A DNA stretch of 64,000 nt from an uncultured Acidobacteriota bacterium (GCA_963753035.1 CAVWAW010000019.1:67152-131151); one strand, 5' to 3'. Counted from the first letter of the stretch, positions 46,873 through 55,446 are shown. Notes: generated from the sequence alone by a model not told the origin. Numbers and translations: made by a program.

Positions 46873-47083
46873 CCGGCCGCGAGTGCGGGTTTTTGAACAC
46901 CTGTCTCGATTTAGCTTCCCTGAGTTGACATGACATTGACCTTCGAGAGCTTGACGCCCAAGGCTGTTTTGCTACTCTCCAAGAAAGCTTGGGACGGTCA
47001 ATGTGGCGAACGGACGAAACAAGACGCACCCGCAACGGCATTTGAATGCTCTTGCAACACCTGCGGACGGAGTTCTGCCGAAG

Positions 47084-49216
47084 ATGGCCGAAGCGTCGCC
47101 CGAGGGCGCGGAGGGCCGGCTGGTGGTTCTCACGGTGCTTCCGAGTGTGGCCGAGACCGATCTGGTGCGCACCCGGCTTCCCCTGGCGTTGAACGCCGTC
47201 GTCCTCAAGTCCACCTTGAGCTTGGCCGGCGCGGTGGATCGGATTGCGGCAGGAGGCATCGACACCGTCCTGCTCGGACTTGATCTTCCCGACAGCTCGG
47301 GACTCCCCACTTTCCAGAGACTGCACGACTGCAACCCCGATGTGCCCGTCATCGTCGTGGTCGATGAAGACGGCGAAGATGTGGCTCTGAGGGCCATCGC
47401 TCAGGGTGCTCAGGGCTATTTGACGCGGCGGGAGATCGACCCGACCCGTTTGCGGCACTGCATCCTGGCTTCGGTGGAGCGGCAAAGGGTTCTTCGCCGG
47501 ATTCGCTGTGACGCCGAGCGGTACTCCCTGGCCATCGAAGGGACCAGTGACGGGTTGTGGGACTGGGACCTGGAAAGCGACGCCGTGTTCTATTCGGCAC
47601 GATGGAATGGCCTGATGGGGCTTCCCGAACGTGATGTGGTTGCCGGTCCGCATCACTGGTTCGACCGGGTTCACCCTGACGACCTCTCGGGGTTGAAGGA
47701 CATGCTCATCGAGCACCTCAGCGGCAACGCCCGGCATTTCGAGCACGAGTATCGGGTCCGCGGCACCGGAGGCGACTTCCTCTGGGTGCTGTCGAGAGGC
47801 CTGGTGGTGCGAAATCCGAACCGCGAGGCTCGTCGAATCGCCGGGTCGATGACGGACATCACCGAGAGAAAACTCGCGGAAAAGCTGCTCGCCTTCGGCG
47901 CCCTCCACGACGAACTCACGGGGCTCGCAAATCGAACGCTCTTCAAGGACCGGTTGACGGTGGCCCTCAAAACGATGAAACGCCAATCGGGGCCCCCTTT
48001 CGGCGTCCTCTTTCTCGATCTGGATCGGTTCAAGAGAGTCAACGATACGTTTGGACACTCGGTGGGCGATCGTCTCCTGGTGGAGATCTCCCGGCGGCTC
48101 GCGACTTTTCTGCGGCCTGGAGACACTCTCGCTCGTCTCGGTGGCGATGAGTTCGGGATCCTGGTGGCCGATGCCCCCAGCGTGTCCGATGCACTGCATG
48201 TGGCGGAACGGGTCCAGGAGCGGCTCAAGATCCCCTTTGCCGTCGACGACCGCACTCTCGAGGTTTCGGCGAGCATCGGAATCGCCCTGAGCGCCACGGG
48301 GTACGACGAACCCGAGGAGATCCTCCACGACGCGGATGTTGCGATGTACCGCGCCAAGGCTGCCGGCCGAGGTCAGACCCAGGTCTTCGACCCGTTGATG
48401 CATCGCTCCGCGGTTGCGCTCATGCGGCTGGAAAGCGAGCTTCGCCATGCGGTCGAGCGTGACGAGTTCGTCATGTACTACCAGCCGGTCGTGTCCTTCG
48501 ATCGCGGACGGGTGGTAGGGTTCGAAGCCCTGGTGCGGTGGAACCATCCCGAGCGCGGCCTGCTTCAGCCCGGTCAGTTTTTCGCCATTGCCGAGGAATC
48601 GGGTCTGGCGAACGCCATCGGATGGTGGGCGATCGAGGACGCTTGCCGCCAGCTCGTCGAGTGGCACCGGCGCTTTCCCGAGAACCCGACCCTGTGGGTC
48701 TCTGTCAACATCTCGGACCGACTCTTCATGCAGGCCGATATGGTGAGCCGCGCCAAGGCCATTCTCGCGGACACTGGTCTCGACCCCTCGACCCTGCGTC
48801 TCGAGTTCCGCGAAGAAGTGGTGGTCCGGCACGGTCAGCAGGCGATCGCCAAACTCGAAGAGCTCCGGCAAGTCGGAATCAGGTTGGCGGTCGATGATTT
48901 TGGCAGCGGTCTCTCGCATCTCAGCTTTCTCCAGAGCTTCCGCTACGACACCCTCAAGATCGACCCGTCATATATCAGCGCCCTCGGCGCCGATGCTCCC
49001 ACCATGATCGAGAGCATCCTCACCATGGCCGACGGTTTCGGCATCGGAGTCATCGCCGAGGGGGTGGAGACGGCAGATCAGGCTGACCAGCTGCGGCGGC
49101 TGCGCTGCCCGGAGGGGCAGGGGTTCTGGTTCGCCCGTCCGGTGGTGCCGAGCGACGCCGAGCGCCTCATCGTCACCACCCCGGAGTGGTGGGGGATCGG
49201 TTCGCAGGCGCACTAG
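47084..49216 (+). CDS. REC-like / PAS / GGDEF / EAL signalling protein
   Basis: A degenerate receiver, a PAS domain (DGLWDWDLESD), intact GGDEF (RLGGDEFGIL) and intact EAL (EALVRWNHP...DDFGSG). The start is uncertain (GTG 47003 or ATG 47084). Confidence 0.85.
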   Translation: MAEASPEGAEGRLVVLTVLPSVAETDLVRTRLPLALNAVVLKSTLSLAGAVDRIAAGGIDTVLLGLDLPDSSGLPTFQRLHDCNPDVPVIVVVDEDGEDVALRAIAQGAQGYLTRREIDPTRLRHCILASVERQRVLRRIRCDAERYSLAIEGTSDGLWDWDLESDAVFYSARWNGLMGLPERDVVAGPHHWFDRVHPDDLSGLKDMLIEHLSGNARHFEHEYRVRGTGGDFLWVLSRGLVVRNPNREARRIAGSMTDITERKLAEKLLAFGALHDELTGLANRTLFKDRLTVALKTMKRQSGPPFGVLFLDLDRFKRVNDTFGHSVGDRLLVEISRRLATFLRPGDTLARLGGDEFGILVADAPSVSDALHVAERVQERLKIPFAVDDRTLEVSASIGIALSATGYDEPEEILHDADVAMYRAKAAGRGQTQVFDPLMHRSAVALMRLESELRHAVERDEFVMYYQPVVSFDRGRVVGFEALVRWNHPERGLLQPGQFFAIAEESGLANAIGWWAIEDACRQLVEWHRRFPENPTLWVSVNISDRLFMQADMVSRAKAILADTGLDPSTLRLEFREEVVVRHGQQAIAKLEELRQVGIRLAVDDFGSGLSHLSFLQSFRYDTLKIDPSYISALGADAPTMIESILTMADGFGIGVIAEGVETADQADQLRRLRCPEGQGFWFARPVVPSDAERLIVTTPEWWGIGSQAH

Positions 49217-49294
49217 CCGGCCGACGGCCGGCTGGATCCAGCATCTTGCTCTCCTCTGTTTGCCCCTCCGCCCCCGTTGCGCTACCGTCTCACG

Positions 49295-50194
49295 ATGCCG
49301 ACTGACCTTCCCTCTGTCACCATCTACACCGACGGCGGTTGCCGTCCCAACCCGGGACCGGGTGGTTGGGGCGCCATCGTTCTCCGTCAAGGTTGCGATC
49401 CCATCGAAATGAACGGAGCGGACCCCAAGGCCACAAACAACCGGATGGAGCTCCAGGCCGCCATCGAGGCGCTGCGGTCGCTAGACGGGCCGCACCGAAT
49501 CGAGCTCATGACCGACTCGCAGTATGTCCGCAAGGGCGTCACCGAGTGGATGACCAAGTGGCGCGCCAAGGGGTGGAAAACCGCCGCCGGCAATGATGTC
49601 GCCAACCGCGACCTTTGGGAGGCGCTCAACGACGAGATCAAACGGCACAAGATCCTCTGGCGTTGGGTCCGTGGCCACACCGGCGACGAGTGGAACGAGC
49701 GCGCCGACGAGCTGGCATCGGCGGCGATTCCTCGCGCGCCGCTGCCGGTGGACGACCCCAAGGCGGTCCACCTTTTTACCGCCGTTGCCCACTCGGGGAA
49801 ACAGGACGCCGGAGCCTGGGCGGTGCTGATGCGTTTCCGCGGCGAAGAGCGTGAGCTCAGCGGGCGCCAGGCCGGGGCCTCGGCCAATCGGATGCACATC
49901 ACCGGCGCCGGGATGGGTCTTGCCGAGCTCAGTCGGCGGGTCAAGGTTCATCTCTACACCGCCTCGGACTATCTCAAGGACGGCGCGACAACCTGGATCA
50001 AGGGTTGGCAGGGGCGAAACTGGACGACCCGCGAGGGTAAGCCGGTCGCCAACCGAGAACTCTGGCAGCGGCTCGAGACCCTGCTGGGGCGGCACGATGT
50101 CCATTGGCACGTGGCTTCACGCGACAGCATGCCCGAGGAGATGGAGCGCGCCAAGGCGCTGGCGAAGGAGGCGCTCGCGAGGCGGGACGGGTGA
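49295..50194 (+). CDS. rnhA: Ribonuclease HI with a second, catalytically degenerate RNase H-like domain
   Basis: Domain 1 has YTDGG, NNRMEL, MTDSQY, GHTG and NERADELA. Domain 2 aligns but has FTAVAH, NRMHIT, YTASDY, VASRD and MERAKALA at those positions. Confidence 0.85.
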   Translation: MPTDLPSVTIYTDGGCRPNPGPGGWGAIVLRQGCDPIEMNGADPKATNNRMELQAAIEALRSLDGPHRIELMTDSQYVRKGVTEWMTKWRAKGWKTAAGNDVANRDLWEALNDEIKRHKILWRWVRGHTGDEWNERADELASAAIPRAPLPVDDPKAVHLFTAVAHSGKQDAGAWAVLMRFRGEERELSGRQAGASANRMHITGAGMGLAELSRRVKVHLYTASDYLKDGATTWIKGWQGRNWTTREGKPVANRELWQRLETLLGRHDVHWHVASRDSMPEEMERAKALAKEALARRDG

Positions 50195-50393
50195 GGAAGT
50201 GAAGAGGTGAGCGCTCCCTTTGGTCGCTGGTGAGGAAGTCAGCGCTCCCTACGGTCACTAGTCAGAACGTAAGCGCTCGCTTCGCTCGCCAGTGAGAAGG
50301 TGAGAGGGTGACACGCGAGAAGACTGGCGTGAAAATCTCCTTGGCGTCTCACGTCTCACGTCTCACTCCTTACTTCCTCACCCCTGACCTCAC
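50191..50393. repeat. GTGAGG-word palindrome G2 with internal tandem units of about 30 bp
   Basis: GTGAGGAAGTGAAGAGGTGAG ... (AGCGCTCCCTNNGGTCNCT-type unit x3) ... CGTCTCACGTCTCACGTCTCACTCCTTACTTCCTCACCCCTGACCTCAC. Spans stop to stop between convergent genes. Confidence 0.75.
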
Positions 50394-50420
50394 TGCGCTA
50401 CCGGCATGATGTACGTCGGA

Positions 50421-52469
50421 TCATCGGTGCTGCCGTCGACGATGGAGGCGTAGGTCGTCCAGTAGACCGGAGCGCCGTCGATGAGCTCGAACCGAGATCC
50501 AGCCACCCTCAACCACCGTGCTGCCGATGTTCATGTCATTGAGCAGATTGTTGATCTGGAGGAAGGAACCGATCACGTTGTAGCCTTTGATCGCGAGAAC
50601 AGTGCCATCGGGGGCGTGGATCTTGACCCTGACTGCGAAGCTGCCGGCCGACGCCTGAACCAACCCGAGATTGGCGCGGAAGCGTGACGGATCCGAAAGC
50701 AGCATGGGCAGGATCATGGTCTGAGCGGACTCGGCGTTGTTGAGGAGGATGCCCGGGATTCCCTGTCCGAAGGTCCCGCCATCGGCGGCGAGGTTGTAGG
50801 TCCGGGTGGCCACGGGCATGCCCTCGGCGCTGACGGTGACGTAGAGCAGCCCGCTGGTCGGATTGAGGCTTGCCAGCGGATCATCGATGGCGAGGGAGCC
50901 ACCCGCCGGGATGGTGTGCGGGCCGGAGATGGAGTTGCCGGGCCAGGCCTCGCCCTTTGCGACAAAGTAGATCTGCGCCTGCTGGGGCGCGCTTGTCGGG
51001 TTGGTCACTACGATCTGGGTCTTCCAGTTCGATGTGCCGACTCCGGGGGCCGACGCCGCGGCCGGGACAAGCCAGGTCTGGGTCGTAAATCCGCCCCCCG
51101 AGTCGTGCCCCGCCAGGGTGAGCGCACCAGTGGCGAGCGGGTCGAGCCAATCGGAGAGCCGGCCCTCTGGAGTCCCGTCGCCGGTCCAGTGGACATCCAT
51201 CCGGCCGTAGATGTCGTAACCGGCCATGTTTCCGCACGACGCGATGCCGGCGGTCAGGGTACCGACGCAGAGCCGGTTGACAGGGTCGTAGATACAGGAG
51301 CCCGAAGATCCGCCCTCGGTGGTGCCAAGCTCCCATTGGCTGATGCGCCACTGGTGGCTGCCGGATCCGTAGGTGTTGTCGTACTCGAGGGGGTCGGTGT
51401 TGAAGGAGATCGACTTCTCGTCACCCGACGGGTGGTGGATCCCGACCGAGCCCGATGGAATGCTTCCGGTGGCGTCCCAGCCGGAGTAGTAGACGTTGAA
51501 CGCCGGGTCGGGGGTCTGGTCGAGACGGACGAGGGTGAAATCGGAGCCGCTCTGCCACTCCCAGAGCGAGACCAGGGTCGAACCGCTCTGATTCTGGGCG
51601 AGGCTGCCTCCGGCGTGGAAACCGCAGGTCGGAGACTCGTAGTTCCAGAAGGCGACCACCGAGGTCGCCTCAGAGCCGTTTCCGACACAGTGCTGGGCGG
51701 TGAGCAGGTACGGTGTGAGGTCTTCAGCTGTGTTGTTGACGAGTTGAGCGGAGCAGAGGAATGCTCCCGAGATCGTGATCCTGGCGGTGGCGCGGATCTG
51801 GTTGCGCCAGTCGTCGCCCTCCGGGCAGATGACATCGATGTTGCAGGTCCCTTGCTTGGTACTTGCTGTTGAGTCTGCTTCGCCGAACTCGCGGTAGCCA
51901 TGGTTGACCGAGGCGATCCGAAGGTTGGTTTGCGATCCGGCGCCCGCCGGTTGGTGGTATTCGACGACGATCTCGTCGCCGAGAACGAGCGCGGTCCACA
52001 GGCCGCCCTCGGCGTTCCGGTTGTCGCGGGTGTAGGGCCCCTGGACCATGGTCCCGTTGCCGTCGTAGAGCCAGAGACTGGCCCCCGCGGGCATCTCGAA
52101 GCGGTCGAATGCGAGATTGAGGCTGAGCGCACCCGGTGAGGCGATCCGCAGCCGCCAGAGTGAGCTGCCGTCGCCGAGGCTTTCCCACGTCCCTGCCGTC
52201 GCAGGTGTGATTTCGGTATCGATGCCTGCGGCGAAGCGAAAGGGTACCGGGACTTCCGACTGATCCCGAAGGGCATCATCGGCCTGGTAGGCGGCCAGAT
52301 CGACCTTCGGCATCTCAACTCGCGCCACTTGGTGGATGGTCTTCACCGGCTGGATCAAACCTGGCGGCAGACCGCGGCCGGCCTCCACCGGAGCGGCTCC
52401 GGTGGTGATGGCGAGGACCGTCGCCATGGCGGTGATGATGGCGAGCTTCGAGGGTGCGGCGAGTTTCAT
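50421..52469 (-). CDS. Secreted S1-family (lysyl-endopeptidase-like) serine protease; apparent +1 frameshift near the 3' end
   Basis: Signal peptide. LTAQHCV (His) and GGSSGSC (Ser). The track frame ends in the Arg-rich VRAHRRRSGLLDDLRLHRRRQHR*. The +1 frame reads FELIDGAPVYWTTYASIVDGSTDDPTYIMPVAQ* to 50390. Confidence 0.8.
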   Translation of the reverse strand: MKLAAPSKLAIITAMATVLAITTGAAPVEAGRGLPPGLIQPVKTIHQVARVEMPKVDLAAYQADDALRDQSEVPVPFRFAAGIDTEITPATAGTWESLGDGSSLWRLRIASPGALSLNLAFDRFEMPAGASLWLYDGNGTMVQGPYTRDNRNAEGGLWTALVLGDEIVVEYHQPAGAGSQTNLRIASVNHGYREFGEADSTASTKQGTCNIDVICPEGDDWRNQIRATARITISGAFLCSAQLVNNTAEDLTPYLLTAQHCVGNGSEATSVVAFWNYESPTCGFHAGGSLAQNQSGSTLVSLWEWQSGSDFTLVRLDQTPDPAFNVYYSGWDATGSIPSGSVGIHHPSGDEKSISFNTDPLEYDNTYGSGSHQWRISQWELGTTEGGSSGSCIYDPVNRLCVGTLTAGIASCGNMAGYDIYGRMDVHWTGDGTPEGRLSDWLDPLATGALTLAGHDSGGGFTTQTWLVPAAASAPGVGTSNWKTQIVVTNPTSAPQQAQIYFVAKGEAWPGNSISGPHTIPAGGSLAIDDPLASLNPTSGLLYVTVSAEGMPVATRTYNLAADGGTFGQGIPGILLNNAESAQTMILPMLLSDPSRFRANLGLVQASAGSFAVRVKIHAPDGTVLAIKGYNVIGSFLQINNLLNDMNIGSTVVEGGWISVRAHRRRSGLLDDLRLHRRRQHR

Positions 52470-52556
52470 ACGAAACCTTTCTCCGGCAGCCGAGGCCGGA
52501 GTTCAATGATCATCTACCGATGACATAACACGAGAAGCCGGCCGGGATTTCCCGGT

Positions 52557-53072
52557 TCAGTCCTCGATTGTGACCTTGATCATTTCTACGGGGGTCTTGG
52601 GGCGATCGTTGGGGCCGGTGGGGGTGGTTTCGATGGCGCTGACCACATCCATCCCCTCGGTGATGCGGGCGAAGACCGGGTGCTTGGAAGGCCCGGGGCT
52701 GAACCAGTCGAGGTAGGGATTGTGGACGGTGTTGATAAAGAACTGCGAGCCGCCGCTGTTGGGACGGCCGGTGTTGGCCATGGAGAGCGTGCCGGGTTCG
52801 TTGGAGAATCTGGCGTTGTCGGGGTGCTCGTCGGTGATGGTGCCATGCGGCGGGCCGCCGGTGCCGGCGCGGCCGTCGTTGGGGTCTTTGCTGTAGGGGC
52901 AGCCGAACTGGACCATGAAATTCGGGATGACCCTGTGGAAGTGGAGACCGTCGTAGAAACCGCTCTTGGCGAGAGAAATGAAATTGCCGGCGGTGATGGG
53001 CATGGTGTCTTGGAGGATCTCGGTCTTGAACGTGCCGAGGGATGTTTCGAATGTTGCGGTCGGGTTGGACAT
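52557..53072 (-). CDS. ppiB: Peptidyl-prolyl cis-trans isomerase, cyclophilin type
   Basis: [16 protein letters not shown] and [20 protein letters not shown]. The ATG at 53072 has an AAGGAGA RBS. Confidence 0.95.
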   Translation of the reverse strand: MSNPTATFETSLGTFKTEILQDTMPITAGNFISLAKSGFYDGLHFHRVIPNFMVQFGCPYSKDPNDGRAGTGGPPHGTITDEHPDNARFSNEPGTLSMANTGRPNSGGSQFFINTVHNPYLDWFSPGPSKHPVFARITEGMDVVSAIETTPTGPNDRPKTPVEMIKVTIED

Positions 53073-53195
53073 GAATATCTCCTTGTTTGGTGTGGGGAGA
53101 AACTCTATCACGCCGCCTGCGGCGCGGTGGTGGTTGATCTTTCATCGCACCATCGCGGACCACGGATCAATCTGATAGACGGAGATTGGGTCATC

Positions 53196-53275
53196 GCAGA
53201 GAGGCAGCCCACAGATCACACGGATAAACACAGATGACATCGCATTCCATCGCAGATTGCCCGCAGATGCCGCTG
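53196..53275. repeat. Solo E600-type arm, CACAGAT/CGCAGAT word variant
   Basis: CCCACAGATCACACGGATAAACACAGATGACATCGCATTCCATCGCAGATTGCCCGCAGATGCCGC aligns with rc of 44340-44440. Confidence 0.6.
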
Positions 53276-53289
53276 CTGCGGTCACGGTC

Positions 53290-53550
53290 ACGGAACCTGC
53301 CCTCATCGCCGGCCTTCTGGACCGCTGGGACGTTGTCCCAGCGGTCCAGCGTCGTGCCATCGGCGTGGTCGCTCGTGGGTTGATTGTGAGGGCTGCGACC
53401 ACGCCGATGGCACGCCGGCGGCCTGCCTCGTTGCCGGGAGAGCAGACCGCATCGCGCTCCCCGCGGGAGCCCGGTTAGAGATTGTGCGGGGAGCGCCGCG
53501 AAGCCTGGAGGTCGATCCGGCACAATGTCAAACCCGGCACGCCCGGTGGA
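53290..53550 (+). repeat. S-family structured repeat, copy S2
   Basis: Perfect 13-bp hairpin 53319-53347 (GGACCGCTGGGAC gtt GTCCCAGCGGTCC) and a 20-bp stem 53353-53372/53395-53414. Blocks shared with S1, S3 and S4. Confidence 0.85.
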
Positions 53551-53590
53551 GGCGCGGTCCGCGGGTTCTGTAGAGGTCGTGGGTACGGTC

Positions 53591-53657
53591 GCTGCCGCTG
53601 CCGCTGCCGCTGCCGCTGCTGCTGCTGCTGCTGCCACTGCCACTGTCACGGTCACGG
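53591..53657. repeat. Hexamer/trimer microsatellite (GCTGCC)4 (GCT)5 (GCCACT)2 GTCACGGTCACGG
   Basis: Directly readable. Ends 26 nt upstream of the ATG at 53683. GGTCACGGTCACGG also occurs at 53280-53293, on the other side of S2. Confidence 0.9.
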
Positions 53658-53682
53658 GGTGGGGAGCCGCTACACTGTTCCG

Positions 53683-54384
53683 ATGAAGATCATGGTCCTC
53701 CAGGCCCGGTACACCGACGACCCCATGCTCGAGCACGAACGAGCGTGTTTTATGGCGGCGGCGGGACTCGATGAGTCCTCCTTCGACTGGCGCAACGTCG
53801 TCGACGGCGTGCCTGAAATTACTGAGGTCACGGCGGCTGATGCCCTGCTCATCGGCGGATCGGGGCACTTCTCTGTAGCGGATCCCACGGCGGATTTCTT
53901 TACTCCGCTCGACGAGCTCCTGCGCCGCGTGGTCGAGGATCGCCATCCGACCTTTGGCTCGTGCTTCGGATATCAACTCTTGGCCCGGGCGCTTGGGGGA
54001 GAGGTCATCCACGACGCCGAGCGTGGAGAGGTCGGCGCCTTTTTGGTCGAACTCACCGATGACGGGAAAGCGGATCCTCTTTTCGGCGGCCTGCCCGATC
54101 GCTTTGTCGCCCAGATGGGCCACCTCGACCGCGTGGCGAGAGCCCCAGTGGGGGCTTGGAATCTGGTCCGAAGCGAACTCTGCCCCTACCAGGCGTTGAA
54201 GATCGAGGGTGCGCAGATCTGGGCGACGCAGTTTCACCCCGAACTCGACCAGGCAGCGAACCTCCACCGGTATCGCGCCTATATCGAGCGCTACGACCCT
54301 TCAGGAGACGAGGGCGGTTTCCGATCACTGCCGAGCCCGGAGACCTCGGGGTTGTTGCCTCGCTTCCTCGATCTCGTGAGCTGA
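53683..54384 (+). CDS. Class I glutamine amidotransferase-like protein
   Basis: Nucleophile elbow GSCFGYQLLA and the His-Glu pair in QFHPE. The track ORF (from 53482) is trimmed to MKIMVLQARY. Confidence 0.8.
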   Translation: MKIMVLQARYTDDPMLEHERACFMAAAGLDESSFDWRNVVDGVPEITEVTAADALLIGGSGHFSVADPTADFFTPLDELLRRVVEDRHPTFGSCFGYQLLARALGGEVIHDAERGEVGAFLVELTDDGKADPLFGGLPDRFVAQMGHLDRVARAPVGAWNLVRSELCPYQALKIEGAQIWATQFHPELDQAANLHRYRAYIERYDPSGDEGGFRSLPSPETSGLLPRFLDLVS

Positions 54385-54403
54385 TACGCGGTACACTTCC
54401 GGG

Positions 54404-55282
54404 ATGAAACACCGGTGGCTCGGATTGCCGTGCATCGCTCTCGTAACCCTTGCCTCGATCGCGTGTACAGCCGAGGAAAAAGGTGGGAAGTCCTTTCTTT
54501 GGAGGGCCACCTCCGGCGATCGAACGGTCGCGCTGTTGGGATCGATTCACTTCATGAAGCCGGAAGCCTATCCACTGAGTCCGGCCATTGAAACCGCCTT
54601 TGAGGACGCCGGGGTCGTCGTATTCGAGACCGACATCGACCAGATGGGTAAGGCGGCGATCTCGATGGTCGCGGCGGGCTCACTCGAGGGCGACGAAACC
54701 CTGAAAGACGTGGTTTCGAAGGAATTATTCCAGGCGGTCTCCCAACGTCTTGATGACCTTGGAATGGGAATCGGTGCGTTCGAGAAGATGAAGCCGTGGA
54801 TGGTGGCGATGGGTCTCACGTCCTATCAGCTCATGCGGGCCGGATACCTCGGATCCGAGGGCATCGACAGTTATTTCAGCTCGCGAGCGACAGCCGATGG
54901 CAAGCCGCAGCGGGGATTGGAGTCCATCGAGTATCAGGTTTCGCTCTTCGCCGACATGTCGGCCGAGGAGAGCGCAGAGTTTCTGGAATACACCTTGGCG
55001 GATCTCGACACGATGATTCCGCTTGTCGACGAGATCGTGGCCGCGTGGAAGCGTGGCGACGCGGCGCGGATCGAGGATCTCCTGCTCGAGGGTTTCTCTG
55101 ATCACGAGGTGCTCTTCGATCGGCTGGTGACCCGGCGTAACCTGCGCTGGCTGCCCCAGATCGAGGAGTTGTTGCGAAGTGATGTCGACGCCATGGTGGT
55201 GGTCGGATCGCTTCACCTCGTTGGTGAGCAGGGTCTCATCGAGTTGTTGAAGGCGAAGGGTTACGAGGTGGAGCAGCTGTAA
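54404..55282 (+). CDS. TraB/GumN family lipoprotein
   Basis: Lipobox LASIAC. FLWRATSGDRTVALLGSIHFMK...VVFETD...VVVGSLHLVGEQGL. Confidence 0.8.
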   Translation: MKHRWLGLPCIALVTLASIACTAEEKGGKSFLWRATSGDRTVALLGSIHFMKPEAYPLSPAIETAFEDAGVVVFETDIDQMGKAAISMVAAGSLEGDETLKDVVSKELFQAVSQRLDDLGMGIGAFEKMKPWMVAMGLTSYQLMRAGYLGSEGIDSYFSSRATADGKPQRGLESIEYQVSLFADMSAEESAEFLEYTLADLDTMIPLVDEIVAAWKRGDAARIEDLLLEGFSDHEVLFDRLVTRRNLRWLPQIEELLRSDVDAMVVVGSLHLVGEQGLIELLKAKGYEVEQL

Positions 55283-55285
55283 ATT

Positions 55286-55420
55286 GTGAGAGGTCAGGAG
55301 TGAGGAGTTAGGGGTCAAGGGTTAGGGGGTTACGATTTCTCCCCACCCCTCACCCCTCACCCCTCACCCCTCACTCCTCACTCCTCTTCACGTCTCACAT
55401 TCTCACCTTTTCACGTTCTC
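55286..55420. repeat. GTGAGG-word palindrome G3
   Basis: GTGAGAGGTCAGGAGTGAGGAGTTAGGGGTCAAGGGTTAGGGGG ttacgatttct CCCCACCCCTCACCCCTCACCCCTCACCCCTCACTCCTCACTCCTC.... Starts 4 nt after the traB/gumN stop. Confidence 0.8.
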
Positions 55421-55446
55421 GCTTCCTGTCCGCCTATACTGGTTCC

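Noticed and set aside
46863-46895. Possible terminator after the SDR gene (CCGC gagt GCGG followed by GTTTTT).
   Set aside because: The stem is only 4-5 bp and overlaps the stop codon. It is too weak to call, although the T-run is suggestive.
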